Of a stretch of 64,000 bases of DNA, positions 35,216 through 47,239 are shown in pieces. The notes beneath the pieces are model-generated. The model ran no database searches and had not been told where the DNA came from. It saw only the letters and a list, made by a program, of their open reading frames with translations. The DNA is from Monocercomonoides exilis PA203. Lineage: Eukaryota > Protista > Preaxostyla. Where the stretch lies: assembly GCA_001643675.2 (NCBI GenBank), contig LSRY02000065.1:124001-188000 (forward strand), read 5' to 3'. Numbering within the stretch: position 1 is the stretch's first letter; every line of letters starts with the position of its first letter. A program made the position numbers and the translations under genes.

Positions 35216-36511
35216 TAGGATATAATCAATATGATGTTTTGCATACAGACATATATGTCACAGTCCCAACCCATGTTGAAGCAGCAGAAGTGTTTCCTTG
35301 GAGACGGCTAGACGTGCCAAAATCTGCTATTTTCACCATTCCCTATTGAAAAAAATCAATAGAAAACCATTAGCACAATAACATGTGTATGTATAAATGA
35401 GTTCATTTGACAAAAGAATTCAGAAAGTTTGTTGAAGTTGTTGAGAGAACGCATTATAATAATGATGATGATAACATTTGCGGAGTTTTTTTAATAAAAA
35501 AATATAAAAAAATCGATAAATGAAATAATCACTAAAAATCCATTCAATAAACCTTGCTGTTAAGAAGGAAGTTTGCCGGCTTCAAATCTCGATGAATGTA
35601 TTTCTGTTTGTGGCAGAATGAAATAGCTGATAAAATTTGTTTTGAAAAGCAGGCAACAATTCTTTCCGGAACTGGGCCTGTGATCTTCAGCGCATCTGCC
35701 AAAGATCCACAATCAAAGTATTCAAGAAGAATGTACCTTTTGAATATTTTTAAAAATAAATAAGAAATATTAATTTATTTGTATTCAAATTAAGGATCGC
35801 TAGAAGAAAGTGTGCAAACAATACTCCGTCAACAAGAAATGCATCAGGACAGTTCACAATTGCGGGGTGGCATAAACGCGATAATGCTCTAATTTCGTCC
35901 AAAAGTTGTTTTCGCACTGCCTTTGTACAATCCATTGGTATAACCTTCAAAATAATAAAGTTATCATTTATGGAAAATTACGAAATGAGCAAATACTTTT
36001 AGAGCGAAATCTTCCTTTGTGTCTTTTTGAATGACATGATATACTCGACCACTCGAACCAAAGCCTATAAGATCAAGTTGCTCAAGCGAATCCAATGAAT
36101 ACTTTGAAAAATATAGGTAATTTTCAAGTATATAAATGAATATTTAAAGTTAAGCGCTATGTTAGAAAAAAAACCTTCAGCGGCTTTCCAAAAGAATCAT
36201 CAAGATCGTCATCAACAGTCCTTCGATATTAAAAACAAAAAATATTCAATAAAATGTATAAACGACTAAAATAAAATGCATACGTTTCTTTCTTTTTATC
36301 AGTCAAGCCCATGCGCCCAACAATAAAAGAGCCTTCTGACCAATCACCTTTGTTATCACTGTGAAAACATTGGTAATTTTTGTTGCATGAAAACGACGTT
36401 AAAAATAAATTATAAATAAGAAAAAATTAAAAATAAATCTGCAAACATTTTTATGCTATCTTCAGTGCAGATCAATGGTGGTGGCTTACGTTTTCCAACG
36501 AATACTGCCAT
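33840..36511 (-). CDS. MAP kinase kinase (STE7/MAP2K family), about 10 exons
   Basis: Spliced translation gives the N-terminal docking motif KRKPPPLI, IGFGSSGRV, FALK/VI, HRDLKPANFL, DFGTSSRLQGNTSAASTWVGTVTYM/SPER, SDIWSFG, FSKEFCDFI and HPFL. Stop TAG at 33840-33842. Confidence 0.92.
34610..34700. repeat. (TTCTCTCC)n octamer repeat in a MAP2K intron; neighbouring introns carry (AAAT)n, (TAA)n and (GAA)n
   Basis: Tandem repeats seen directly. Confidence 0.9.
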
Positions 36512-36540
36512 GATGTATTTCGTGTAAAGGTACAGATCGT

Positions 36541-37940
36541 ATGACAAAAAATAGTGACATCGGCTCTCAGTCAGCAGCCTTCTATCCGCTGCAACTTTCT
36601 GGGCATTTACCTATTTTAAAGAAACGATCTTTTATACTGAAACCTCTTCAACCAAAAGAGTACAGATTTTACAATGATCTTTCAAAACATACGAAACTCT
36701 TGCAATACATACCAACATTTTATGGTGTCACGCATTTATTAGAACACGCAACAATTCAAGAAGAAAATGCGCCATTTACAACATCTTTTTCATTTGCGCT
36801 TGCCCAGAGAGAGGTCTCTCTTTCAAGACCGTTTGATTTTATAAGATTTTGTGTTTTTATAATTCTGTTTTTCTCGTATTCTGCAGATACATTGTTTTAC
36901 AAGATGTATCTTCAGGATTTGTGAACCCTTGCATGCTTGATTTAAAGCTTGGATTTACACAAATAGATGATGAAACTCCACCAGAAAAACTGGCAACTCA
37001 ACAAGCTAAATGCGAGAAAAGCACATCGTCGGCAATTGGAATTCGTATAGGAGGAATTTTTGCAAGATTTTATGAAAATGAAAGTGATAGTAAATCGGAC
37101 CAAGTGGTCTATAGGAATAAGTATTGGGGAAGGATGTTGACGCCTTTGCTTTTAAAGCAAGCTTTATTTTCATTTCTCCACAACGGCATTGTCTTTCACG
37201 CAGAAATTTGCAAATCAATCTTACATCAACTGATTGAGATACGTGATTCATACATCAAAGAGTCTTCGATAATTTTAATTGGAGTTTCACTTCTTATCTT
37301 ATATGATTTTCCTCAAATTTTGTGTTCTTCTTCTTCTTCTTCCGTTAATTCGTCTTCTGCTTGTACAAAAGTTAGGCTAATTGATTTTGGAAGTTCTTCT
37401 CATAGGTTTTGAGCTTCTTTTTCATGTGTACTGAACATATTCTTTTTCTATTTTGTAGAAATCATTCAGAAACTGAAAATTCAACTGGATTTTTTGAAGG
37501 AATTTCATTTATTATTGACACTTTGCAAAGCTTTCTTGAGCAAGTTGAAGGGAAGAGTATGATATAAAGTGTTAAGTGTTTTTTTATTGGATGTTAATTT
37601 TCAAATAAAAATATTGCTTTTTGATATAATTTTTCTATATTTAATTTTATGAATTATTTTATAATTTTGTTTTGTTTGTTTGTTTGTTTTTCAAATTGGT
37701 GCAGCTGTTACTTTTCCAATATTGTGGGGCAGCGAAGAAGACACCAAAATGCGATTGGCGTCTGAATCTGAACTTCATGCTGTGCAAGAGAAGAAGATCG
37801 AAAGAAGGGAAAAGAGGGCGAAAGATGCTGCTCTGCACTCCAAAAGCCAATCAGACTCTGATTTTAGCTCAGAATCGGCGTATGTGCAGAGCTCCTGGCG
37901 TATTGTTCCTCTGTCGCTTGCGATGAAATATCCCACTTGA
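36541..37940 (+). CDS. Inositol polyphosphate kinase (IPMK/IP6K family), 4 exons (approx. 36541-36830, 36887-37405, 37459-37556, 37705-37940)
   Basis: Motifs QLSGH, PCMLDLKLG (PxxxDxKxG), SLLILYD, RLIDFG. Donor GTATGA at 37557 joins in phase 1 to acceptor TGCAG at 37704. Confidence 0.88.
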
Positions 37941-38299
37941 AGTTAAATGGAAAAAAATTGGATGATACTTTTTAATCTGTAATATTGTTGTATTAATTAT
38001 AGAAAATTACAAATATTCTGACGAATTTGCCAATTTAAGCTTCGAGCTTGTTCGTTTTTTTATGTTTTGTGTTATTTTTGAATGCATTTTTATTTAGTGT
38101 GTACTTCGTATTTTTGTTTCATTTTTTATGTGAAAACTAAAAAAGAATGAATGAAAAAGAAAGAAGGCATGCTTCTTAAAAATAGGAGAAATAAGTTGTA
38201 CTGAAACATAAAAAAATGCAATACAACAACCAAACATAAAATCAAAAAAAAAAGTCTAAAACATGAAATAATTCATTTTCGCTATAAGTTTTCCGTTTT

Positions 38300-40812
38300 T
38301 CATTCGTTTCTTGTTCTTTTCGTCTTCTTTTGCTTGCCTTTTTCGCTCTTTGATGATTTTGCAGTCAATCTGTCCACAAGCAGGCAGAGGGGATAAGAAG
38401 CACCGCACACACACAGCATATACACACACACAATCACAATGTTTCCGAGTGTGTTTGTGTGTTTGGGGCGGTCGAAGAGGAGATGAACTGGCCCAATCAT
38501 CAGATTGGCAACGAGAAACGTGATAAACTGGCGGCGGCTGAAAAGATAGCCAAAAACAGTCTGAGAGGAGCTTTCGTGAGATGACGGATGAAATGTGGAG
38601 GTGTCTGGAGAATGAGAAGAAGAAGAAGATGGTTGAACAGAAGAAGCATCTGAAGAAGGTGAGTCAATGATGAGTGATTCTACAAACGCGAAAATCCACG
38701 AAAAGACATGAGAAAATTCTCTGTATGACAAGCATCTCATCAAGTAGGTGAAATTATTCTGAATGTGAAAATGTTTCAAAAATAGGAATAAAAAACGTTA
38801 TTAAAAAAATAATTATAAAAAATGAATTCACATTAAAAGATAACGATGATTGCCTTGTTTCATTTTTAAAATCACTTTGTGCTTAAATAAATATATTTAA
38901 AAATTCATTTGTTGAATTATTTGTGTGAGCAGCATTCAGAAACACTCAATTGATTTATTTGTTTTTTCTTTTTCTATTTCTTTTTTTTCATACCATTTTT
39001 CTGGATGGTGGCATTTCAAATGCTCTTTCCATCGAATGGAGCCATTTCCCAATTGTGTCGAAGATGTCAAACACAACCATCACAAAGGAATATGCCGAAT
39101 TGCGAATGGGAATGAGGAGCATGTCATTAAAGGAGGCAGCCCTGATTGTAATTCACATAAATCAATATCACAAGGAAAAAAGACAATTGTGAAGAAATTG
39201 AAAATATTGAAAAAAAAACAGATGACAAAATACATTTTTGCGCAGTAAGCAAAGACGGAGGGAGCAATCGCTAAAAGCAAAGCAACTGTAGTGAGTTTGA
39301 TGAACATTGTTATTTGAGAGCGAAAAGTTGTGCAGCTTTTGTCGATAATGCGTGTCAGATAAGAAGCAGCAAAGTGGAGAAACGGAAATCCTGAGAGCAT
39401 CATGAGATATGTTTCCGTTTGAATCAAAAAAATAAAATAAAATAAAATAAAATAAAATAAATAAAAACAAAATTAAAAAAAAGATAAGACAAGATAAGAT
39501 AAGATTAGATAAGATAAAAAAGAAAGAAAGAAAGAAAAGTTGATATCTCAAATAGCATTGATTGCTTTTCACACCAAGTGCAGACAGTATTCCTTCATAG
39601 TTCAGCCCAAAAAACGATGATGTTCGAGGCGATAAAAACAGATCTTCCAAGTTGAAAAACTTCAGCGATGTCGAATAAACTAAATGACAAATGGTCATAT
39701 ATGTTTATGAAAATTGAATATTGAAACAAAATACGTACACATATATATATTCACACATATTTCAAATTAAATGCAAAAATAATTAAAACCAAACTGACAA
39801 GAATGGCAAAAGACAGCCAAAGAGGCTTCCACTCATAATCGCCTGTAATCCAAATTAGTATCATTACCGATACGTCCAGCGCACACAACGAAAAGAAAAA
39901 GTTCCAATGTACCCCGTACTCATTTATATCATAGTCAAAATCCTTCAATAAAGTTATATTAATTTTTTTAATTTTTTTTGGGGAAAAACTTTTCATATTA
40001 ATATCTAACTGATTAGATCACACTGTCACAAGCAAGAAGATTGCCCTTATCAAAGCAATGATTAGCAAAACTCCGTCTCTTGTAATAGATCTCTTCAGAA
40101 TTTGCAGAGTTGAACTTCTTGTGAAAGGTTTTTTCTCAAATTCATCACTCATTCTTCGATGGAAAGATGATGCTGTCCCGCAAATTGTAAGTGCAATTCC
40201 TGCATCCATCTGAAAATATATTCATTAAATATGATTATTTCCTTTCTTAATAATTCACTGCAACAAAGAAAGAGCACACAAAAGAACAGCCAAATACCAG
40301 GGTCTTCGCTAAAGAAGGAAAGTTTGGTGGAAAATCGATACCCATGATACAAATGCAAGTGTTTAACATCAAAAATTCCCGTGGATATTCAAAAAGAAGG
40401 TTCTTTTTCTGATTTAGTTTGTTCAAAATATGCGTTTTGTAAAATGAAATCTTTTTTTTCAAGAGTGCACTTATATTTTATTGACGAAATTGAAAGCTGT
40501 TAAGAGTGATAGAGTAATGAAAAAAGCATACACAAAAATAACCCCAATATACATGCAAAAAAGAAAAGTTTGAGCATAATACTCTTCCTTATGATCACAA
40601 AGCATTACTTGCATACAACTTGGTATAACAGTTACGATAAAGTCCATTACGAAACGAATTTTTCGATTTTTTATTTCAAATAACTCGCTAATGCTTGAAC
40701 TTAATGAAATTGACATAATACTAAAAAATGCAAGTCCCATCGGCTGAAAAAAAGGAACATTAATCCAAGAAAATGTTTTGTTATAGTCATGCGTTTCGGA
40801 GAGATGCCTCAT
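38300..40812 (-). CDS. PIGW: GPI inositol acyltransferase PIG-W/GWT1, multi-exon membrane protein
   Basis: Exon translations MDAG, EYGVHWNFFFSL, YEGILSALG, RRQFITFLVANLMIG; multiple TM segments. Confidence 0.88.
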
Positions 40813-40885
40813 TGTTCTTCTCCAAAACCAACTAATTTTCTTTTTATTTTTAATAAATTAGAAATAAGGGTGTAATTATCAATTT

Positions 40886-41244
40886 GGTACAGAATTCATT
40901 CATTTATGAAAAATTCAATGATTTGTTCCAGACTTTTTTTGCAATCGTATTATTACAAAACTAACATTATTGTGCAACATCAAATGAAAAAATATAAAAA
41001 ATCGTAAAAAAATCTTTTGAAGAACTGTGTCACTAAATTCAAAAAAACAAAAAATTTTGTCCCATTTGGAACGAAATTTATCGCTTTCTGAATTTTGTTC
41101 CACACAGTTCTTTTTAAGATTTTTTTCGATTTTTTATTATTTAATATATAAGATTGCAAGAAAATGTCAGAATAATTATCATTCGATTAAAAAAAAAGTC
41201 TAGAACAAATCATTGAATATTTCACAAATGAAAGATTCTGTCCC
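40886..41244. repeat. Foldback inverted repeat (arms ~145 bp, spacer ~70 bp)
   Basis: Arm 40886-41030 matches the reverse complement of 41102-41244 (e.g. TTCAATGATTTGTTCCAGACTTTTTTT vs AAAAAAAGTCTAGAACAAATCATTGAA; GAACTGTGT vs ACACAGTTC). Confidence 0.9.
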
Positions 41245-41835
41245 ATTTCCACTAAATTTTTTGTCTTAAAAAAATTTGTTCCACAAAAAAATCAAACTTC
41301 CTTTCCTCAATCAAAATAATTTTTTTTATTTCATTTTGTCTTTTATTTATTTATTTAATTTTTTTTTTTTGTTGTTGTTGTTGTTGTTGTTTTGATTACA
41401 CTTTTGAACTTATTTAATTGTGAAAAACCACTTATTGTGTCTCGTTGATGTTTTGGGTTTTCTCTCTAATTGAAATATTTGATTTTTAGTAAGTGGGCAT
41501 GCAGTCACTTATCGCAGTCACTGAAATGCGAACTGAATGATAAGATATAAGTCTTTTGCAGTTTATTTTGATGAATATTTTTGAAATGAAAGCTTTTTTC
41601 GGTATGTTCGTTTTCAAATAATCTTTGATCACAAATGAAAAACATTATATTCGAATAACAAAAGAATCATTTTTGAGCAAATAGTAAATGTTTGACTAAA
41701 AAGAAATTGAGGAATAGTTAAAACCGGATATTATCACGTCAAATATAGTCAACATTGGTTATCGTCACATTTTTCCAGGCATTGACATTTTTGGCAATTT
41801 TTTCGTTCATTTTCCATCACATATAATCACAGGTC

Positions 41836-42380
41836 CATATTCCATTGTTATTAAACCCGGAACTTTTTCTTAAAAAAGAGAATATTCTTCTTTGTTTATT
41901 CACACAAATTTTCTTTAAGTGGGTGATTATTTTTGAAATCATATTTTTTCTTTCAGAATTTTCGGTTCGAAAATTTCACATTAGTATCAACAAATGAACA
42001 CTAAAAAGGAATAAGGCTTTTTTGGAACATCTTCATCTATATTTCAGCTTTGACATTGGCTTTTGCACAGTTGTGATTAATTTTTAATTTGATTGCAATT
42101 TTTCTTCACAAAGACCAAACAATTATTGAAACAGAATCACCCCGAAAAAAGTTAAGATTTCTAAAATAATCACACAAGTTTTAAGTGAATTTTGACTATC
42201 TTTTTTTAATAAAGATCAAAACATCGTAATTAATAACAATCTTTATATCTATTCACGAAAAAGTCAAACACACACACACTTTTTCAAAAAGTTAATTGAA
42301 TTGGTATGAACAACAAAAATCTAAATAGTATTGAAATTCTTCGCAAAGTTTGCATCATCATCGCACGAAATAAAAAGTCG

Positions 42381-42415
<35 letters not shown>

Positions 42416-43034
42416 TTCTCTTAATTCACACTTGTTAAATGTTTTCTCAGAATTCAAACTCTTTTCATTTGACTCATTTTTGTCGCTCAGCAATTTCCTT
42501 AACTGATTTCCTGATTGCTTCACATTTTTAATACGAATTATCAAAGGAATGCTGTCATCTTTTTTATCTGGAAAATATGGAACAGATGTATCCTCACTTT
42601 CTGCTGGCTTCTTCAGCACATGCCAATTTTTTAGTATGTCTGATGCAGAAAGAAGGCAATGGTTTGTCATTTAAACGGTTTTGATCATTCGACCGAAATA
42701 ATGAAATTTCAAAAAAGAAAAAGAAATTCATTCGATCAAATTTGTTTCAGCACAAATATATTGCACATTATCAATCTAAGAATATTCCTTCATGTTTTCA
42801 ATTTGTAATGTTGTTGTTTGCTTTAACTGAAATATTTCGATGTTACTTCAATTTTATGCAATTATTGACATTAAATTAAAAAAAATCAATGAAAACCAAC
42901 GGTTTGAATTTTGAGAACGATTATCTGAAATTGGATGAACAAATTACAGGAATGATTGCGAAATTGAAATGTGAAATGTTTTTGTTTAGTCCGGGTATTT
43001 AAAAAAGAACCGGGTTTTGGAACGATGGTATATG
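41836..43034. mobile_element. Putative non-autonomous TIR element (~1.2 kb) containing a nested MITE
   Basis: Left end CATATTCCATTGTTATTAAACCCGG vs reverse complement of right end CATATACCATCGTTCCAAAACCCGG. No clear target-site duplication. Confidence 0.5.
41921..42173. mobile_element. MITE-like element, copy 2
   Basis: TIRs GTGATTATTTTTGAAATCATATTTTTTC / GAAAAAAGTTAAGATTTCTAAAATAATCAC; similar to 13007-13277. Confidence 0.7.
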
Positions 43035-44178
43035 AAATAACATTTTTGTTTTTTAAAGGGTTCATTATTCATTGAAAAATCGACTTTTTGATCAGTAATT
43101 TCAAAAACTCGTATATTCAGATAAATCGTTCAATTTTGTCGAACTAACATAATCAAACATAAAAAAGTTGTTATTTCAATTGAAAAAGGTGTTAATGTGA
43201 AGAATTTTCAAAAACAAAAAAAACAAAAAAAAAAAAAAAAAAATCGACCCAATATTAATTATTTCAAAAAAAAATTGATATTATTTTCTGTATAAAGCAT
43301 CATCGCGAATAGTCACAATTGGATATAGTCACAAAAAGTGAACAAAAGCAGATGTGATTATCTCCAATTTTGAAGGCATAATTTAAAAGAAGTTTTGCTC
43401 TGAACATAATATTTTTTTCTCATTTTTTTGAATCTGAATGAATAATGTTTTTCATCCAACACACAACAATGACAAAATCATTGATTTCAAACAAAATTTG
43501 AGCAATTGCACCAAGTCATTATTAACTGCAATTTTGTTCTTTTTTGAGAAAACATTTCAACTGTTTCAAAAGCATTCCAGTTTGAAATTTGTGATTCAAT
43601 GGAAAGAAAGAAATTCCTCAAGTTTGTTGAATCCTTTTAATTGCCATTCCAATTCACTCGTTCGAAAAGCACTTGACACCTCTGCCTCTCAACAAAAACA
43701 AGACTTGTTTTTTCCTTTCACCAATTTGAAAAATGATGTCTATTTTCTTTCTTTCTCACTTTTTTGTGGTGGAGCAAGAAAAAGTCTTTTGAGCATCTTT
43801 TTGCACCTTATTTTTTTTCTTTTTTCCACATTATCTCAAAATCCATTTTTCATCTTCAAATTCGAAAAATTGTCCATTCCCTCATTGTTGACAGCCCCAA
43901 ACAATATTTCCTGTCTTTTCATAAATTGCTTGCTTGTTCTTTCATTTTCTTTGTGATTCCGAGAAATCAAATCGAAAGACAAAAAGATGAATAAAGCCTT
44001 CCAAATACAAATTGTTCAATGAACCATTTGTTTTCCAGTTCTTCACGAAGAAAACATGATGTTGAAAGTTCCAAATCATCGTTTTCCAATGCAATCACAC
44101 CATTTGTCCTTTTTTATGATCCTTCTTTTTTTTATGCATCTTTTCTTGCAAACTGAACACCCCCTTTTCACAATCAGA

Positions 44179-47100
44179 ATGAAAGCTGGCTCTGAGAAAA
44201 AGACTGAAGATGGAATCCAAAAGTTACCTCTTGTTGACGAGTTTTCACACTTGTTCACCTTCCCTTTTGATTTGATCGTTGTGAAATATCGTGAATTTTT
44301 GTATTTTTTTATAGAATTGTTTTGTGAACAGGAAGATTGTGATGAGGATAAGCAAAAACAGAATTTCCTAGAAATGGGCGGACTGGTGGAGGAGATGGGC
44401 AGAGAATAATTCAACTCTGCTTTTGCAATAGAGCTGTTCGAAGGAATGGATAAAACGATTGAAGAAAAGCAAACTGTCAATGGGGAATGCAGTTCTGTTA
44501 CTGAAGCATGTTGGATGTTTGGAAGTGCTGAAAGATGCATGGAGAGTTCATTTTGATGAATCTTTGTTGAAAAGAAGAATTCAGGATGATTATTGATGTA
44601 AATGGGAAGAAGAAGGATGAAAAGGATTCAAATTTCTTTCTTGTTCTTTGTGATTGCATTAGGGTCATTATTTTATCTTGACCCTTTTTCTTTATTCTGA
44701 CCCAAAAAAATGAAGTGTTAATAGTTCAAAAAATAACATGATTAAAAGAAAACAAAATCAGAATTAATTCTTCTGATAACTTTCCTTTTTCCTTCAGCTC
44801 GATATAATTCATTTTCTTTCTTTTCTTTATCAGAATCATCGTTTTTCACATGAAGAAATCTTCTTTTTATTTTTTTCTTTTCATCCACAACAGTCTTCAC
44901 TTCATCTTTCTCCGTTTCATCCATTTCATTTTTCCTTTCAATATTCATTTTCAAATGATTTTCCCATTTCTCAAAAAGATTTTCGTTGGTTATCACATTT
45001 CCATAAAAGGAAAATCTATTTCTGCGAGATGGAAGAGGAGAAATAGAAGATTCCAGCAGTTTCAAAAGATCTGACCCAAAAGAATTGTGAAGAACACCAT
45101 TGCAGACAAAAGCTTTCTGAATTGCAGAAGGAGATAATGCAGTGTGGATAGCTTGAGGCAGAACGTCGGAAATTGCAGCTCGTTTGGAGGAAGATGAAGA
45201 AGAAGATGGAGCCTCAAATCTGTTTGTCAGCTCAGATTTGAACACAGCAAACACTCCTCTGTCCAGTGGTTGACAGAGGTGTGTGATGTGTGGCACGAAG
45301 GTTGATACGTCGACTTGTTGTTTTTGGAATTCTCGCCAGATCGATGGATCTGCGCGAGATGCATGCGAGTCAAGAAGGAGAAGAATGTGTTCGTTTTCAA
45401 GTGACATGCGCTTTCCTCTTTCGATTATGGAAGGTTAAAGAATGTAGAATGGACACCTTTAGAAACATTCGTTGTCCTTCCAGCCGTTTTTATTTGCCAA
45501 TATCTCAAGCGTTGGAGATAACAGGCTTTTCAGATCCTCTGGCAGATTGACAATTGGCCATAGAATAATAAAAGGAAAGGCATATCCATCAGTTGCAACA
45601 ACTATCACGAATGAAGAATTTATCATTCTCGGTGTCTCACTCGAAAAATCTTCTTTTGCATCATTAGAATGCACAACAATCTTTTTTGAATCTATTGGAA
45701 CTCGCGTTGAAAACTTATCAACATTCACAACCAAAGCTGGATTACAATGGAACTTTTCATACAGATCGGCGAGTGCTTTGAACCAATGTTTCAAAACAGT
45801 TCTGCACGAAACAGCCAGTCTGTTGATGTCCAGATTCTTCAATGCTCCAGTCCTCAGCTCCTGGTGACGCTTGACAAGTCCATATGCCGTTAACATTGAA
45901 ACTTCGGTAAATGGCGCATCTTCATCATCATTATCGTTAAAAACATTTTCCATCTGAAAAACAAATTATTAAAACATATTTATAAAAATTAAACAAACCA
46001 ATTCTCTTGTTTTTTAACGTTAAACATGTTCCAGACTTTGCTTCAATATGAATAAAGTCTTAAACTCTTTGTTCCTTTTCGCCCACTGCTGCTGCAGGTC
46101 TGCCAACTTTTCCAACCAGCCTTCCTTTTCTGAGAGCTCTCACAGAATTTTTGATACCTGTGCGGCTGAATTCCTTAGAATTGATAGCATCAGTTATACG
46201 AACAACTCCATCCACAACGATGTGAGCCATTCGCTCCAGCCGACTGTGATAATTCCTGTACTTGCGCGAAGACATTGCTCTCTGTAATTTTTTCTTTCCT
46301 TCTTTTAATTTTATTTCTGTTGATATTTTCATTTTTTTAATAATATTTTTAAGATCATAATAATTTCTTATTTTTTAAATTGAAATGAAATGAAAAAAAA
46401 TCGAAAAATAACATTTTAAACAAACTAAAGTTTTTATGCTTCATGTAACCCTCCAATTCCACACAGAAGTTCAATGAAGGGGCTAACTCCCCCCAGCCCC
46501 CCATCTCCTCCCCCCATGCGAAATTGGGTTTGTTTCAAAATGTATTTATTTTTATCTATTGAATTCATATATATACTAAAAAATCTTTTAAAATATGAAG
46601 TTGTGGGAAAAGTTAATGATTAATTAAAAAAAAAGGTCAAGATAAAATTAAAACCCTATTTTGCCCCACAAACCATCTTATTGGAAAGTCCATCCCATTT
46701 GCATTCGCTGCCTTCTGAAAGCTGTATCGGATAAAGAAAAAAACGAATAAACACACGAAGAAGTGGAGATAGTGTTGTTGGCTTAAGTCATGTTTGCACA
46801 TATTTTATATGTTCGCTTCTATTTTCATTTTGGAGTTAATGATTTTTCCCTTTTTTTTTTAAAGGAAATTGAACAAGAGCTGTATTTGAAAAAAATAAAA
46901 GAAATTATTAAATATCACCAGGAGCATCACAATCTGACCCACCTGGCGTATCAGTCTGTTTGGATGTTTTTGATGATCCTTTTATACATCGATAAAAGTC
47001 TTGAGGAAGTGATTGTGAATGAGATGCATTTTGTGAAAGAGGCAAGAAGAGAATTGGATAAGCTGTCGAAACGTGTGGATTGGAAGAGAGGAAAAGAAAC

Positions 47101-47239
47101 CAAAGAAGAATACATTTTGTTGAGATGGTTCAGAACCTTCAATAATTTCTTTAGGGGATGCAAATTGTGGAATGAAGAATTTGCTGGGCTTATTCGTGAC
47201 ATTGGTGATGTATTTTGGAGAAGCAAAGGATCAATTTGA
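44179..47239 (+). pseudogene. Lineage-specific helical-family pseudogene split by a transposon (5' part 44179-44661, 3' part 46659-47239)
   Basis: 5' part FCEQEDCDEDKQKQ..GNAVLLLKHVG and 3' part EIIKYHQEHHNLTHLAYQSVW match the N- and C-terminal halves of 48688-50104; internal stops and frameshifts. Confidence 0.8.
44662..46656 (-). mobile_element. Complete 1995-bp pogo/Fot1-like DNA transposon (DD35D) with TIRs and TA target duplication; transposase inactivated
   Basis: TA|GGGTCATTATTTTATCTTGACC ... GGTCAAGATAAAATTAAAACCC|TA (22-bp TIR, 3 mismatches). Transposase 46332-44742 has VNVD, NGWKD, LLLLDSH, HLCQPLD, an intron at 45954-45998, three in-frame TAA and one frameshift. Confidence 0.92.

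Noticed and set aside
37649-37940. Possible phase-variable secreted peptide: removing one TTTG unit fuses MNYFIILFCLFVFQIGAA to ORF 37680-37940
   Set aside because: A strong GTATGA donor at 37557 splices in the correct phase to 37705, so this is more simply the last IPK exon and the TTTG run is intronic.
44742-46332. All four premature stops in the two transposases are TAA (580, 45435, 45459, 46060), suggesting TAA=Gln recoding as in the oxymonad Streblomastix
   Set aside because: Host genes end in TAA/TAG, copy 2 itself terminates at TAA, two stops align with Lys and Ile rather than Gln, and copy 2 also has a frameshift. AT-biased decay explains the pattern.
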